The notes beneath the pieces were generated by a model, which was not told where the DNA came from, made no database searches, and saw only the letters and a program-made list of their open reading frames with translations. A DNA stretch of 49,694 nucleotides from Trichomonas gallinae (Eukaryota), in NCBI GenBank assembly GCA_008369845.1, contig MRSU01009051.1, forward strand, positions 1 through 49,694, given 5' to 3'. Positions 29,478 through 40,386 of this stretch are shown here, in pieces. The position numbers were made by a program, and so were the translations under genes. How positions within the stretch are numbered: the stretch's first letter is position 1; every line of letters begins with the position of its first letter.

Positions 29478-29510
29478 TTTTCTGAGAAAATTAATTATAT
29501 TCTCAGAAAA
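29478..29510. repeat. 11-bp inverted repeat between convergent 3' ends
   Basis: TTTTCTGAGAA (29478-29488) and TTCTCAGAAAA (29500-29510) with an 11-nt spacer. Confidence 0.75.
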
Positions 29511-29524
29511 TGAACTAAAATCAA

Positions 29525-30730
29525 TTATAACCAGTTGACTGATACATTAAGGAGTCTGGGCTGTTGATTTTCCTGATAGAAAACGGATTCCGACGGTGAT
29601 GGACATTTTAATGATACTAAAAGTGATTCAGAGTTAAATTCGTGATCTCCACTTGTTGCCAATTCTCCATCTTCTAGAGAGTCATCGCATTCAAATGTAA
29701 CATTGAATCCATCAAACTCTTGTGTGTAATAAGATGGAATATTTTCATCCATATCATCAAAATGAGGTTTTAATGGTGATTTAGCATAATATCTTGCATC
29801 AAGAGCTTCAATTGAGTACCCAAATGTTAGTTTTATGAAAGAACCAGGTTCTGGATATTCCATTGTTAATCTTTGAGCGACATATTTATCAAAACCAGCT
29901 TGCCTTGGTTTACCTTGTTTATCTACCCACTCTACGACATTTCCACCATATAATGTCAGCATTTTATCAGCACTGTAAGCGAAAGAAACAACATCTGTAC
30001 CAACTTGGCCTCTCTGCCTCTGCATTTCTTCTAATTCCCTCTCACACATGATCCATGACATATGGTAAGGGACTTCATCGTAGAATTTCGAATACGAAAG
30101 GTTTGCTAAAAGAGATATTTTCACCTCTTCTTCAATGAGTGGAGAAGCATAAACATTTGAGACTGTTTTGATATGTTCTTGCATGAGACGAAGCATTTCG
30201 TTGGAAATCGCGATTCCTCCATGTAAATCGTAAAACATTCTCTGTTTTTTATCGAGGAATCTGTAGTTTTCGTCAAAGAAGTAGCTAGAATGTCCCCATA
30301 TTTCTGGTACAGATGAGTTCTTCCAGTTGAAAAAGTAAGAATATTTTGATGGAACAAAATAAGTTTGGTCCTCCATGATCAAAAACCACTTTTTCTCAGT
30401 GTATTTTTCGTATATATCCTTGAGAACGTACAAATTTCTGATTCTGCTGCGAGCAAGAGGAGAATCAATTCCTGTTCCCTCCAAAAATGGAGCTGAATCA
30501 GGAATCCTATGGAAAGTCATATTGCAGCGTGGGTTTTCTTTCGTTAATTTGCTGACTAAATCAAAATCGATGTCATCTGTATATATATGTACTTCAGGAA
30601 CTCTCCTAAACCACGTTTTGGCAAGAAGACCAACTCTTTTCTCTGCATTCTCTTTCGTTGTCGTTACAACAAACAAATGATTTGAATAAAATGTCCATTG
30701 ATATGATCTGATGAAAAACAAACTTAACAT
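29525..30730 (-). CDS. Fringe/GT31-like beta-1,3-glycosyltransferase homolog with a degenerate DxD motif
   Basis: VVTTT....KR..LAKTW....HIYTD, KKWFLIMEDQTYF (canonical KWF...DDDTY), GGIAISNEML and EEVKISL. Short hydrophobic N-terminus from ATG 30730. Confidence 0.75.
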   Translation of the reverse strand: MLSLFFIRSYQWTFYSNHLFVVTTTKENAEKRVGLLAKTWFRRVPEVHIYTDDIDFDLVSKLTKENPRCNMTFHRIPDSAPFLEGTGIDSPLARSRIRNLYVLKDIYEKYTEKKWFLIMEDQTYFVPSKYSYFFNWKNSSVPEIWGHSSYFFDENYRFLDKKQRMFYDLHGGIAISNEMLRLMQEHIKTVSNVYASPLIEEEVKISLLANLSYSKFYDEVPYHMSWIMCERELEEMQRQRGQVGTDVVSFAYSADKMLTLYGGNVVEWVDKQGKPRQAGFDKYVAQRLTMEYPEPGSFIKLTFGYSIEALDARYYAKSPLKPHFDDMDENIPSYYTQEFDGFNVTFECDDSLEDGELATSGDHEFNSESLLVSLKCPSPSESVFYQENQQPRLLNVSVNWL

Positions 30731-31784
30731 TTTATGAATAAATTTTAATTCCAATTGTTCAAAAACAAGATTAAAAACTACTAATGATATCTATTTGGTT
30801 CTAAACCAATATTTAATTTCAAAATTTATCATAATCTATAATTACACCAAATATAGCTAAATATATCATGGAAATAGGGCATATATGTTTTTTGGTTGTA
30901 AAAATCATATATCAATCACTTGTTTTTGCAAAAATTTTATCAATATGCTTTCTCTAAATGTGATAAGCTGCCAACACTTTCTGGATTTGAATTCTCTGAG
31001 ATTGGCGTATATGCATTCTATGATTGTCACAAACTTATTTCATTTGAAAAAAAAAACAAAAATTCATTGAAATGATGAAATTTGTGCTGACTGTCACAAT
31101 TTGAAATCGATTCTAAGGTTTGAAAGTGTCAATAGATTAGGGATAAATGTTTTTCATATTGTGATTCATTGATAACAATTGCATCATTTTCGATTTTATA
31201 AAAGAGTTTGAAAGCGATAGAGATGATAGGGAAATGTGCATACCTCTAAATGGGTTCTATTATCCTAAAGCAGAGTTGTTTTTCAAGCTACAAATATACT
31301 GATAAAAATATCTGCAAACTGCTTTTTTCAATGATTTTATAAAGATGTTTCTGCCATACTTCTAGTAATATTGTATCTTTCATTGAAAATCCAAGTTATA
31401 TATGCATTCAAGATTCAATTTAATAAAGAAAAGAGGAAATCTTTAATTATTGTTGCAACCTATGACTCTAATCCTACAGAGTATAATGACGCAGTCTCAT
31501 CATCATGCTGGTATTTCCGACTCATAAAAATTCATCATGATTTATTTTTTAATTTTCTCAAGATCTAGTTAATTTTGAGCAATAAAAATATAATAACATG
31601 ATAAAGGATAAATTAATGCATTTATATTTTGAAAATAAATGTTCATTTTCGTTTATATAAGTGATCAAAAATGATTTTTTTGTAAAATTACGAAATTATT
31701 AAAATATATCAACAGAAAATATCAAAAACATCAAAAAACAAAAAATTTAGATCGGGATCTAAAAAGGTGACATGCGGGAAAAAT

Positions 31785-34700
31785 ATGGAGCTTTATGGCA
31801 CAAAACTTCATATTTTGGGCAGCATCACAGGGGGTTTTATGCTCCATAGAAATGATAAATGGCCAAATATCATCAAAATCACTGTATTTTTGATATTTTT
31901 CGCTGCATTTTATCTATTATTATCATTTGAACTGCCAAATACCGCAATTTTCTTAATATCGACTCTAATTGCAATAGTTGTACTAATTATCGAACTAATT
32001 ATGATATGGTTCAATTCATTACTCGACGATTCTTTAAATACTCACGAGGACTTCGAAGAAATAGAATCTATCATACCAGCAGGTATCAGTGGCCCACTAT
32101 GGGAAAGCAGACACTTGTTATTCGACGAAAGAATGCAAATGGATGATCGCGTGTATCAACTTGTAAGGAAAGGCTTTGATATTGACGAAATTTTCAGACT
32201 AGTTACACTAATACAGAATGGTGCTGTAACAAGAGACATGCAAGATCGAGCACCTGTCCGAAAAGTGAAAACAAATCTGATTTTATTATGCGGAAGACCA
32301 GTAAATGTCCACTTCGATAGAGACTCCTTACAAAGAACATTCGCTCGCCCTGTCAATAATTGGCATCTACTTTCAGCATTTATACTTTCAGTTATGCTTC
32401 CAATAGGTATTACGATTTCGCGCAGTTTGATACCAAAATACTTAACATGGCTGGCAGCTCTACTAGCTACATCTGCAATTTTCTCTCTTCTGCTGCCTCC
32501 TCAATGTGATCCTTATTCTACATCATTCACAGATCCTTACATTTCATATTCAAGGGCCGCAGTCGCTGTATCTATGGTAGGATCTTCATGTCTTCTGCTG
32601 TTATTGCAGCCATATGTTCCAGAATATTATTCTTTTATGGGATACCTAATTAATATTCCAAGTTTGATGAATCTTGCTGCGAAAATCTTTTATCTCTGCT
32701 TTTTGATGTATCCGGTTGGGTTTATGATAGGAATTTTCGGTCATCCAGTTACAACAATTCATTGGCTGATAGAAAGCTTGAATAAGTATCTTTTTGGTAT
32801 CAGCGGATCAACAAATATCAAGAAGAGCTTCGGAGCTTTCATGTCTTCCCTTGTAATGGTTGTAATTGTAGATTTAGTCCTAACTTTCAAAAATCCACCA
32901 ATTACCGTATGTTTGTCCATGTTTTTCGTTACTTTCTTCACCCAGTTTTCAATTGCAGACAACTGTCAGACATTTATGAAAAGACATCTCGTTTCAGCAT
33001 TGATTTCAGCCTGTTTATCTGGTGCTACTGCATTCTCCAACTGGCTGATCAACGAAAAAGCCATACATTTCGTGCTCATTTGCATTATTTTATGTCATGC
33101 AGTTATTGATCTCATTTTTCCATACGTAACAACGCATCAACAATACGTGATATTCCATGGACGCATACTTTCATACGCTTTTCTCACAAAATATGCCCAC
33201 TACATTACAAATTTCGTTACTGGTCCAGCATATATATCTATTTCATTGATAAAATACCCAATAGAGCCATATATAGCATCCACAATCATCCTCCACGGCC
33301 TCAGAATCTCCCAAACTCTTCCCCACATCTTCTGCGTTTCATTAATAATTTCTTATTTTCTTCTCTTCAGAGAAACAGGCTTCAAATCGTTATCCACTGA
33401 TTTATTCGTCTCTCTGATGCTCTCGCGCAAACTGATTAAAGTGATGAGATACCTCAGGGTCTGGTTTAAAGCTAGATACGTTCCAGCGAAGATCTACACT
33501 GATCCTTTCCTCGATAAATGGGAATATTTTAAGTCAGCGGTTCTGACAACAGTTATTTCATTCATTCCTCATCCTCTGAGCATAGTCAGCGGCCCAGCTC
33601 TTGGCTGGTCATTGATAACAGGAGCTCCTCTTTCAATATCATTCGGATACATTGGATTGTTCTTCTTTTCGCCTCCGAGACCGAATTCTTTCTACGATTT
33701 CGTCAACGGTGATGTTCCTCACGATGAATATATCAAATCATCAAGCGATTATCCGCTGGAAGCCCCGACATATCTATCACTAAGTGAAGCTCTACAGAAA
33801 GATTTCGGAAACATGGTGAAAGACGGACGACTCGGCTTAGTTAACGATGACAGTTTCTTCCTAATGATGAGCGACGACTTAATGGCAATTGTTCACGTTA
33901 TTGCTCTGGAAGCCAACAAAGTCAGCTTCCAAGTGAGAGGCTTAGAGTATATATCGCAGACATTGTGTCACGGTGGTGAGCTCTCAGTATTGCAGCAGAT
34001 AGTCTTGGAGCACCAAAACTTCGGAAATATTGGCCAATGTTTCGCTTTCAAACATTCGATGTTCGAACTTAGAGCAATGAGGATTCCGCTGACTATGATA
34101 AGTTTCTCGAAATGCTCATTAGTAGAAAATGTTATCCCGAGACTAGGAAAATCCTTCTTGATGTGGGAGCTGAGATCATTGGTTTTCTTCGCGCTGAGTT
34201 TCATGAAGAAAGAGAATCAGTTCACAAGCGAAGAAATCGCGGCGATGAATGAAAAACTGAGAGGAGTTAAGCCAGGTTTCAGCGAGAGAAACATGGAATA
34301 TGTCAGATACGTTGCTTCTCACCTGGATCTGCAGCTTGATGAGAGAACACTGAAGAGATTATGGGTTGTTACTCATTTCGTTCATTCAGTTATTGTCAGC
34401 AGAAACGGCGGATTCAAATATGACAAAATTTTGGACGTTTTCGACGGCAGGGAGGAGCTGCATGACGAGATAAAGGACAATACAGATGTTATACTTTACG
34501 CCTTTAGATACAGTATCGCCATTTTGTTTTTGGTGTCAGTTGGATTGGAGCCGGAAAATTCGACGAATCAGTCAATTGTTCAGTTCATGGAAGAAACTGA
34601 AGAGAGCTACAAAGCATTGCCGCTAAGATCACCAGAACTTGAGCAGGCACTGCAGCAATATGATAGGCCAGTTATCACGCTAGTTTTAAACGAAGAAGTT

Positions 34701-34994
34701 ATTGAAGTTGTTAGATTTGCAAAAAGTGATACAAATTGGGCTGTTTTCTCGTTGGAGCCTGAATGCATCAGAGGGTTTTGGGCGAATGAAGCCAGATCTA
34801 TTCTATTCTTTGCTCTTTCCAGCAGAGAAAGACATTCTATACAAGCATCTGTTCCGACATTGAGAAATATCACGAATCAGAGCTGTAATTCACCTGTAGG
34901 TTATCCTGCGTATGTTACTAATATCATATATTCGTACAGTGACAAGGAATTCTCTAATAATACTAATGATAGAAATACAACTGCTAATCATTAG
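31785..34994 (+). CDS. PCNX: Pecanex-like multi-pass membrane protein
   Basis: YLSLSEALQ..GRLG..FFLMMSDDLMAIVHVI..VSFQVRGLEY..TLCH..E and ECIRGFWANE..ERHSIQA....LRNITNQSCNSPVGYPAYV match the pecanex conserved blocks. N-terminal GSITGGF and many TM helices. In-frame ATG at 31785. Confidence 0.92.
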   Translation: MELYGTKLHILGSITGGFMLHRNDKWPNIIKITVFLIFFAAFYLLLSFELPNTAIFLISTLIAIVVLIIELIMIWFNSLLDDSLNTHEDFEEIESIIPAGISGPLWESRHLLFDERMQMDDRVYQLVRKGFDIDEIFRLVTLIQNGAVTRDMQDRAPVRKVKTNLILLCGRPVNVHFDRDSLQRTFARPVNNWHLLSAFILSVMLPIGITISRSLIPKYLTWLAALLATSAIFSLLLPPQCDPYSTSFTDPYISYSRAAVAVSMVGSSCLLLLLQPYVPEYYSFMGYLINIPSLMNLAAKIFYLCFLMYPVGFMIGIFGHPVTTIHWLIESLNKYLFGISGSTNIKKSFGAFMSSLVMVVIVDLVLTFKNPPITVCLSMFFVTFFTQFSIADNCQTFMKRHLVSALISACLSGATAFSNWLINEKAIHFVLICIILCHAVIDLIFPYVTTHQQYVIFHGRILSYAFLTKYAHYITNFVTGPAYISISLIKYPIEPYIASTIILHGLRISQTLPHIFCVSLIISYFLLFRETGFKSLSTDLFVSLMLSRKLIKVMRYLRVWFKARYVPAKIYTDPFLDKWEYFKSAVLTTVISFIPHPLSIVSGPALGWSLITGAPLSISFGYIGLFFFSPPRPNSFYDFVNGDVPHDEYIKSSSDYPLEAPTYLSLSEALQKDFGNMVKDGRLGLVNDDSFFLMMSDDLMAIVHVIALEANKVSFQVRGLEYISQTLCHGGELSVLQQIVLEHQNFGNIGQCFAFKHSMFELRAMRIPLTMISFSKCSLVENVIPRLGKSFLMWELRSLVFFALSFMKKENQFTSEEIAAMNEKLRGVKPGFSERNMEYVRYVASHLDLQLDERTLKRLWVVTHFVHSVIVSRNGGFKYDKILDVFDGREELHDEIKDNTDVILYAFRYSIAILFLVSVGLEPENSTNQSIVQFMEETEESYKALPLRSPELEQALQQYDRPVITLVLNEEVIEVVRFAKSDTNWAVFSLEPECIRGFWANEARSILFFALSSRERHSIQASVPTLRNITNQSCNSPVGYPAYVTNIIYSYSDKEFSNNTNDRNTTANH

Positions 34995-36751
34995 AATATT
35001 ATTTATTTTTTGTTTGTTATTTTTATAAAGATTGTTTATTATGTTAATATTCTTCATTATATGTCACACATTCAACTTATTGAAAAATAATTTTTTTTTA
35101 TCTTTAAAATAAGATTGGAAACTTTAAAATAAGTAAATATAGAAGGATATTATCACTCCATAATAATCAATCTTTCATTGTTTTTATAATTTAAATAATA
35201 ATTTTTCATTTAATAATCCAATTGTTTTTAATCAAGAACAAGCCTATATATTATTACTATAATTCAAACGATTATATAAACTATTGTGCTTAGTATTATT
35301 TAAAGTAATCAATATGAATATGTGTTGCAGAATTGTTTTAGTTCAATTACACATGTATTTAATAAATATAATCATTGGATGGAAGTAGAATCTAGTGTTC
35401 ATATGCTCTAATTCGTTTATTTCGTCAGTTAAGAATACAATAAAAATTCTATCAGTATTTACAGAACGAAATAACTTGATAATAATATTACTTTAATTGA
35501 GTATATTCGATTTTAAACAATTACATCATCACATGAAATTTTCCATGTTTTATTTCATTGATAGAATAATATGATAGATCATATATTATTGGCTCCTGTA
35601 GGAAAATGTAGCATTTACGGTTTTCAAACTTCAGTATGATTCTTCGTCATCAAAACTACAAACTAGGTTAAAAATACTCGTCAAGATATCATCTACAAAT
35701 ATATCATCATAGACGACCAAGTTGTCCACCCAGCATTTTGGAGTTTTATGACTATAAACATATGTTAATAGCTTTGACGATTAATTTTGTTTGGTAAAGA
35801 AAATAGAAGCTTTTCTGAATTAGCGTAAATTCTCCATTGAAAAGAATATTATTGAATGATTAAAGAAAAATGTTTGGGAACCCAATGCACACTAAACGCA
35901 ACAGATGGAGGTGAAGCTTTTAAAGTGTAAAAACAATTTTACGCCGCCTTTGAAAATTTTATTGATTTTCGTGGGAAACAAACCACTTTAAAAGGTCTGT
36001 TGAATATCAGCGAATGAAAAAACATAACAATTTCTTTTCTCAATTGTTTCAATTTGCTAATAGCAAAAATCTTAAAAGATTCATGCATTTCATCAATGCA
36101 TGATTTTTTAAACAACAAAATTTAAGTTGTCTAGACAATTTGCAAATAAATTTTTCACTGCAGAATGATTGTTATTATGCTTTAATTTTCAATCAATAAA
36201 CAATTTACTGCCACCTCATTCAAAGTTTTAAAATTGGCTGAAAACGTACCGTACGCCATCGCCGCTAAGCAACAAATCTACGGTGGAGAACAATTCAAGA
36301 ATGATAAAAAACGTGCTTAACTCCTTCACAAATTTTTAATTTTGAAAAAGACTTGAAATTTTGTTGCTTTTTTTGTCCGAACAAATTACTTAAAGCTAAA
36401 TACGGGATGGCAAGGCGTTATGCATGCTAAAAACAATCTCAGTAGAGAAATGACGTAAAAAAGCTGTTATAGAAAAGTGAATTATTTTTCAACACAGAAT
36501 CTAAAATCTTTAAAAACCAAAAAAATATCTATTAATTATAGCCATGATGCTCGAATTTACCACTTAATGGATTTTGTTAGTCATTCAAAAAGACAGAACA
36601 ACATTGAAAATAGAAAATTTCGGTTTTGAAAGCTATAAATCACTCCAAAAATCAAATATTTATTGTTTCTGAAACTCATAAAGCTGTTTTTATTATATTT
36701 AGGTTTTTTCTATCACTTTTGAATGTATTGAAAACATCATTTTTGTTGAAT

Positions 36752-37213
36752 ATGATGGAACCTAGCTTATTCAGAGAGATTCTCCTGACGAGGAAGACGA
36801 AGAACTATAAGAGAAACACACCGCAGAGCCAAAGGGACCACGAGTGCATCAAGAAAAGAATGTTGATAAACGGAATCAAAATGGATTATGTTTCAGCATA
36901 CTTGGAGCGCCAAGTTGGTGAATATATGACTCTAGTTAACCTTCTATCTATAGCCCAAGTGGTCTCTTCAGAAGTAAATATTAAAATAGACAGATTAGCT
37001 AAACGTAATCGATCAGCTCTTTTGTGCTGGTACGCGGAGAATTGGGATAAAATAAGTCCAGTATTATCAATGATGAGAACGAAGCTCCATTCTATAGTTT
37101 CTAACACGAGAAAAGACATGAAAAATCAGATGCGCGATTATCAGTATAATAGTTCTAGTTCAGATGATTATTTTGATCCGTCTGATATTAATACTTTGTT
37201 GAATGTTCATTAA
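36752..37213 (+). CDS. Trichomonad-type hypothetical protein (IDRLAKRNR..LLCWYAENW motif)
   Basis: ATG 36752 preceded by Inr-like TCATT. Basic N-terminus, motif-like core LLSIAQVVS..IKIDRLAKRNRSALLCWYAENW, and end DPSDINTLLN. Confidence 0.75.
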   Translation: MMEPSLFREILLTRKTKNYKRNTPQSQRDHECIKKRMLINGIKMDYVSAYLERQVGEYMTLVNLLSIAQVVSSEVNIKIDRLAKRNRSALLCWYAENWDKISPVLSMMRTKLHSIVSNTRKDMKNQMRDYQYNSSSSDDYFDPSDINTLLNVH

Positions 37214-37528
37214 AATTTTTTATCTATGTTATTATTTTATATAAAAACTCTTTTTTTGTGACAATAGAAAAATTTTCTATGCTTATGATTTTTAATGAAT
37301 AATATTTGTTCCTAATGACAGGAGAATAAATTATATATAAATATTAATGTTGATCTGGACGATAAAAAATTTCTTTGTTGATTTTCTTTTCATTTTTAAA
37401 CATATTTAAATCGATTTATATAACAAAAATTTTCAATTCACTCAAAATTACAAAAAATTAAAACTGCGATTTCTACATCGCATAAATTAATTTACTATTG
37501 ATCAAATTAAAAATAATTAATCTCTAGA

Positions 37529-37589
37529 AAAGTGACAAAATTTTATGAATTTTCAATTGAAATGTAAATCCACGGTTAAAAGTGACAAC
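37529..37589 (+). promoter_or_regulatory. Orphan promoter-like cluster (2 x AAAGTGAC plus M3-like ACGGTTA)
   Basis: AAAGTGAC at 37529 and 37579, ACGGTTA at 37572. Followed by ATG 37590 of a 23-codon ORF. Confidence 0.45.
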
Positions 37590-38858
37590 ATGGATATATA
37601 TATTATTCCTTATTTAATTTTATCACATACTTTTAACCCCACATATAACAATCGCAGATAAAATTCTCAAATTAATTTTGTGAGCATAATCAAAAATCAT
37701 TATATGAATCAATTCATGCAAAAAAAAAAAAAAAAGATTTTTGAACGTTGACCAAGTATTCCTATACTGTACACGGTGATAAACATATAAACCGAATAAT
37801 CATTCCATCAAAATATAATAAATTGAGACTTTTTTTATATTCAAACATTTTTGTTTCTTCATAAAATATAAAATAAATATTTGTGTGTCATTAATAAGCA
37901 ATTTGTAGTTCCTTTTATACAAAACCGTTCAATCATAATTAAATGCATAAAATAATCGGATTGATCACATCTAAATGGTGCAAATGTAATATTCACTGCA
38001 CATTGATGCTGTTGAACGATTCTTTAAACATCCAAGTACAAAAATTTTCAATTGTTTTCGATTTTGTTAGTTTTAAATGTATTTATCGCTTATATATCAA
38101 TACATAAATGATTTTTATATATAAATTTTTATCATCAAGTTTCGAAAAGCACTAAATTAAGAATTTCAAATATAACACAGACAATATATTGATTTTCACT
38201 AAAATAGTTGAGATTTTCATATAATATACAAACGAGGAAACTAATTATGTATATAGGATTTAATAAGCACAAGAAAAACCTTAATGGGTGGAATTTCATT
38301 TCAGATTATAACCGAAATGAATGAAACACAATTGCAATAGCTCTAACCTTGAAGATAAACCATTTCCATTGTTTAAAACGTTCTATAACATAATTTATTC
38401 TTCTTTTTATTTAATTTCGAGCAGTATGCTTGTAAATCATAAGCTATGCATTTGAAAAGGTGCTATTTGCATTATAGCATTTTGTAGTATTTAAAATTGA
38501 TCCAATTCCCTATTTGAAATATTATTTTCTATATTTAAAGAAAAATGATTCAGAGTATTAATCCAATAACACAAAACTATGTAATTATAAATAGATAAGT
38601 GTTTAATCGAAAAAATTTCAAATGATTTCGACAAAACACTCAATTCGAAATATCTGTTTATTCTATTGACATACAATCACGATCAACATTTATATTATCA
38701 ATAGATATAATCTATCTCCACAATCACGATTGAATTTTGCCAAATTTTTTTAAGGAAAAACAGAAAAGGTTTAAAATAATTCAATGTACAAGGCAGGAAT
38801 ATGTGATTTAGGAATTAAACACATTATTAAGCAATAGAGATTTATTCGAAAATTGAAT

Positions 38859-39446
38859 TTAACAGCACTTGCCACCCTTACTATTATCCTTCTTTTTAGC
38901 TTCTAATAAAACTTCATCAGGATCCTGTTCGCTTGGCGGAATCATTGAAGCAACGTCTAATGCGATAGTATCAAAAAGATTGTTAATATTTTCACCAGTT
39001 TTGGCTGATGTCGCGAAATAAGCCATGTTACTTGCTTTAGCGTATTCTTGGACTTTGTCTAACTCAACTTTCGTTGGGAGATCAATTTTATTTGCAACTA
39101 AGTAGTATTTCACTTTATTTGCATGCATATCCTGAGCTTCTTGGAACCATTGCTGTGCTGCATCGAATGACTCTGGTTCCGTTGCGTCGAATACAATTAT
39201 AATAGCTTTAGCACCCTGCGAATATCTTGGAACAAGGCTTCTATAGCGTTCTTGTCCAGCCGTATCCCAGATATGCAATGTAATCGAGCCTTTATCCGTT
39301 TGAATATCACGAGAGATGAAAGCAGCTCCAATCGTTGATTCTTGATCACCGCCAAATGTTCCGCGAGAGAATCTAACGACTATACTGGTTTTTCCAGCAG
39401 AGCTGGCTCCCATTAAAACAACTTTAAACTTCTTGTTTGAATTCAT
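38859..39446 (-). CDS. Rab family small GTPase (Rab5/22-like effector loop, divergent)
   Basis: GASSAGKTS, ESTIGAAF, WDTAGQERY, NKID and TSAK motifs with a C-terminal CC prenylation site. ATG 39446, with AAAGTGAC upstream on the minus strand (39475-39482). Confidence 0.96.
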   Translation of the reverse strand: MNSNKKFKVVLMGASSAGKTSIVVRFSRGTFGGDQESTIGAAFISRDIQTDKGSITLHIWDTAGQERYRSLVPRYSQGAKAIIIVFDATEPESFDAAQQWFQEAQDMHANKVKYYLVANKIDLPTKVELDKVQEYAKASNMAYFATSAKTGENINNLFDTIALDVASMIPPSEQDPDEVLLEAKKKDNSKGGKCC

Positions 39447-40304
39447 TTGATTCGAAAGCGGCACTTTTACATTCGTCACTTTTTATCCACCGAATGAATA
39501 AATTATTTCTAGTTTTTGTCTTGATATTTAGTATATAGCCAACAATGGTATCACAACTAAAATCTTATGATTAAATTTTTCATTCAATACTCGAATTCCA
39601 ATGCTTTTGGAAAGCTTAGAGTAACAAATATGATAAAAGAGATAATATATTATGTACCGTTGCATTATTTAAAGCTCTAGAATCTTCAACACATTTCCAT
39701 TTTCATGATATTTTAGTGAAAATTGATTTAATAAAAAACGTATGTTTAACGAGTAATTTTCGAGTATACAGACTGATTTTATTACATAGATATATGATAG
39801 AAATTGTGAAGGATTTATGATCCCTTAACTTCCACTTTGTTTATAAATTATTGAGAAAGTTTTCTAAATCTGATTTTGACCGAGGAATTCTAAATTGTCC
39901 AGATATCAATGACGCTAAAAATAAGAAATATCGAAATATCATATCCATGCAATTATTATTTGCCTATTAAAATTAAATATGAACGACTCCACATTTTCTC
40001 CAAAATTTAGGAATAGACTATTGAGGTGACTTTGTCAACATTCAACTTTACAGTGGCAGAAAAGATTTACATAACAAAATATTTTTTTTTAATAAAATGA
40101 CTAAATCTTCCTGTTATAATTAAATACAACATGACCTGACGTACTTAACGCTGATAATGGTTGTATTATACAAAATTGCTCACGTTAAATTGTGTGAAAC
40201 ATTTTTGTAATGTCATAATCTGCATGTTGAAGCATTCAATGTTATGCATATCATTTATAACTGGCTGTTGCCTGAATTCTTTTAAATGTGATTGATGAAA
40301 TAAT

Positions 40305-40386
40305 TCCATGTTAACATCTGCACCATGTTCAACAAGCAATCGAACAATCTCAAGAGATTTCATTTCAACAGCAATTGAGAGGAGTC
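40305..40386 (-). pseudogene. Single ankyrin-repeat remnant
   Basis: LLSIAVEMKSLEIVRLLVEHGADVNME embedded in an otherwise non-protein-like ORF with a non-ATG start. Confidence 0.6.

Noticed and set aside
31071..31140. Possible box C/D snoRNA (ATGATGA ... CTGA)
   Set aside because: CTGA is only about 8 nt after box C, and there is no terminal box D or terminal stem at a plausible distance.
31470..31550. Minus-strand ATGATGA repeats suggesting a C/D RNA
   Set aside because: No properly placed CTGA box D (the sequence reads CTGT).
38673..38730. ACAATCACGAT direct repeat downstream of the Rab gene
   Set aside because: Only two 11-bp copies 47 bp apart, with no element-like content between them; insufficient for a target-site-duplication or mobile-element call.
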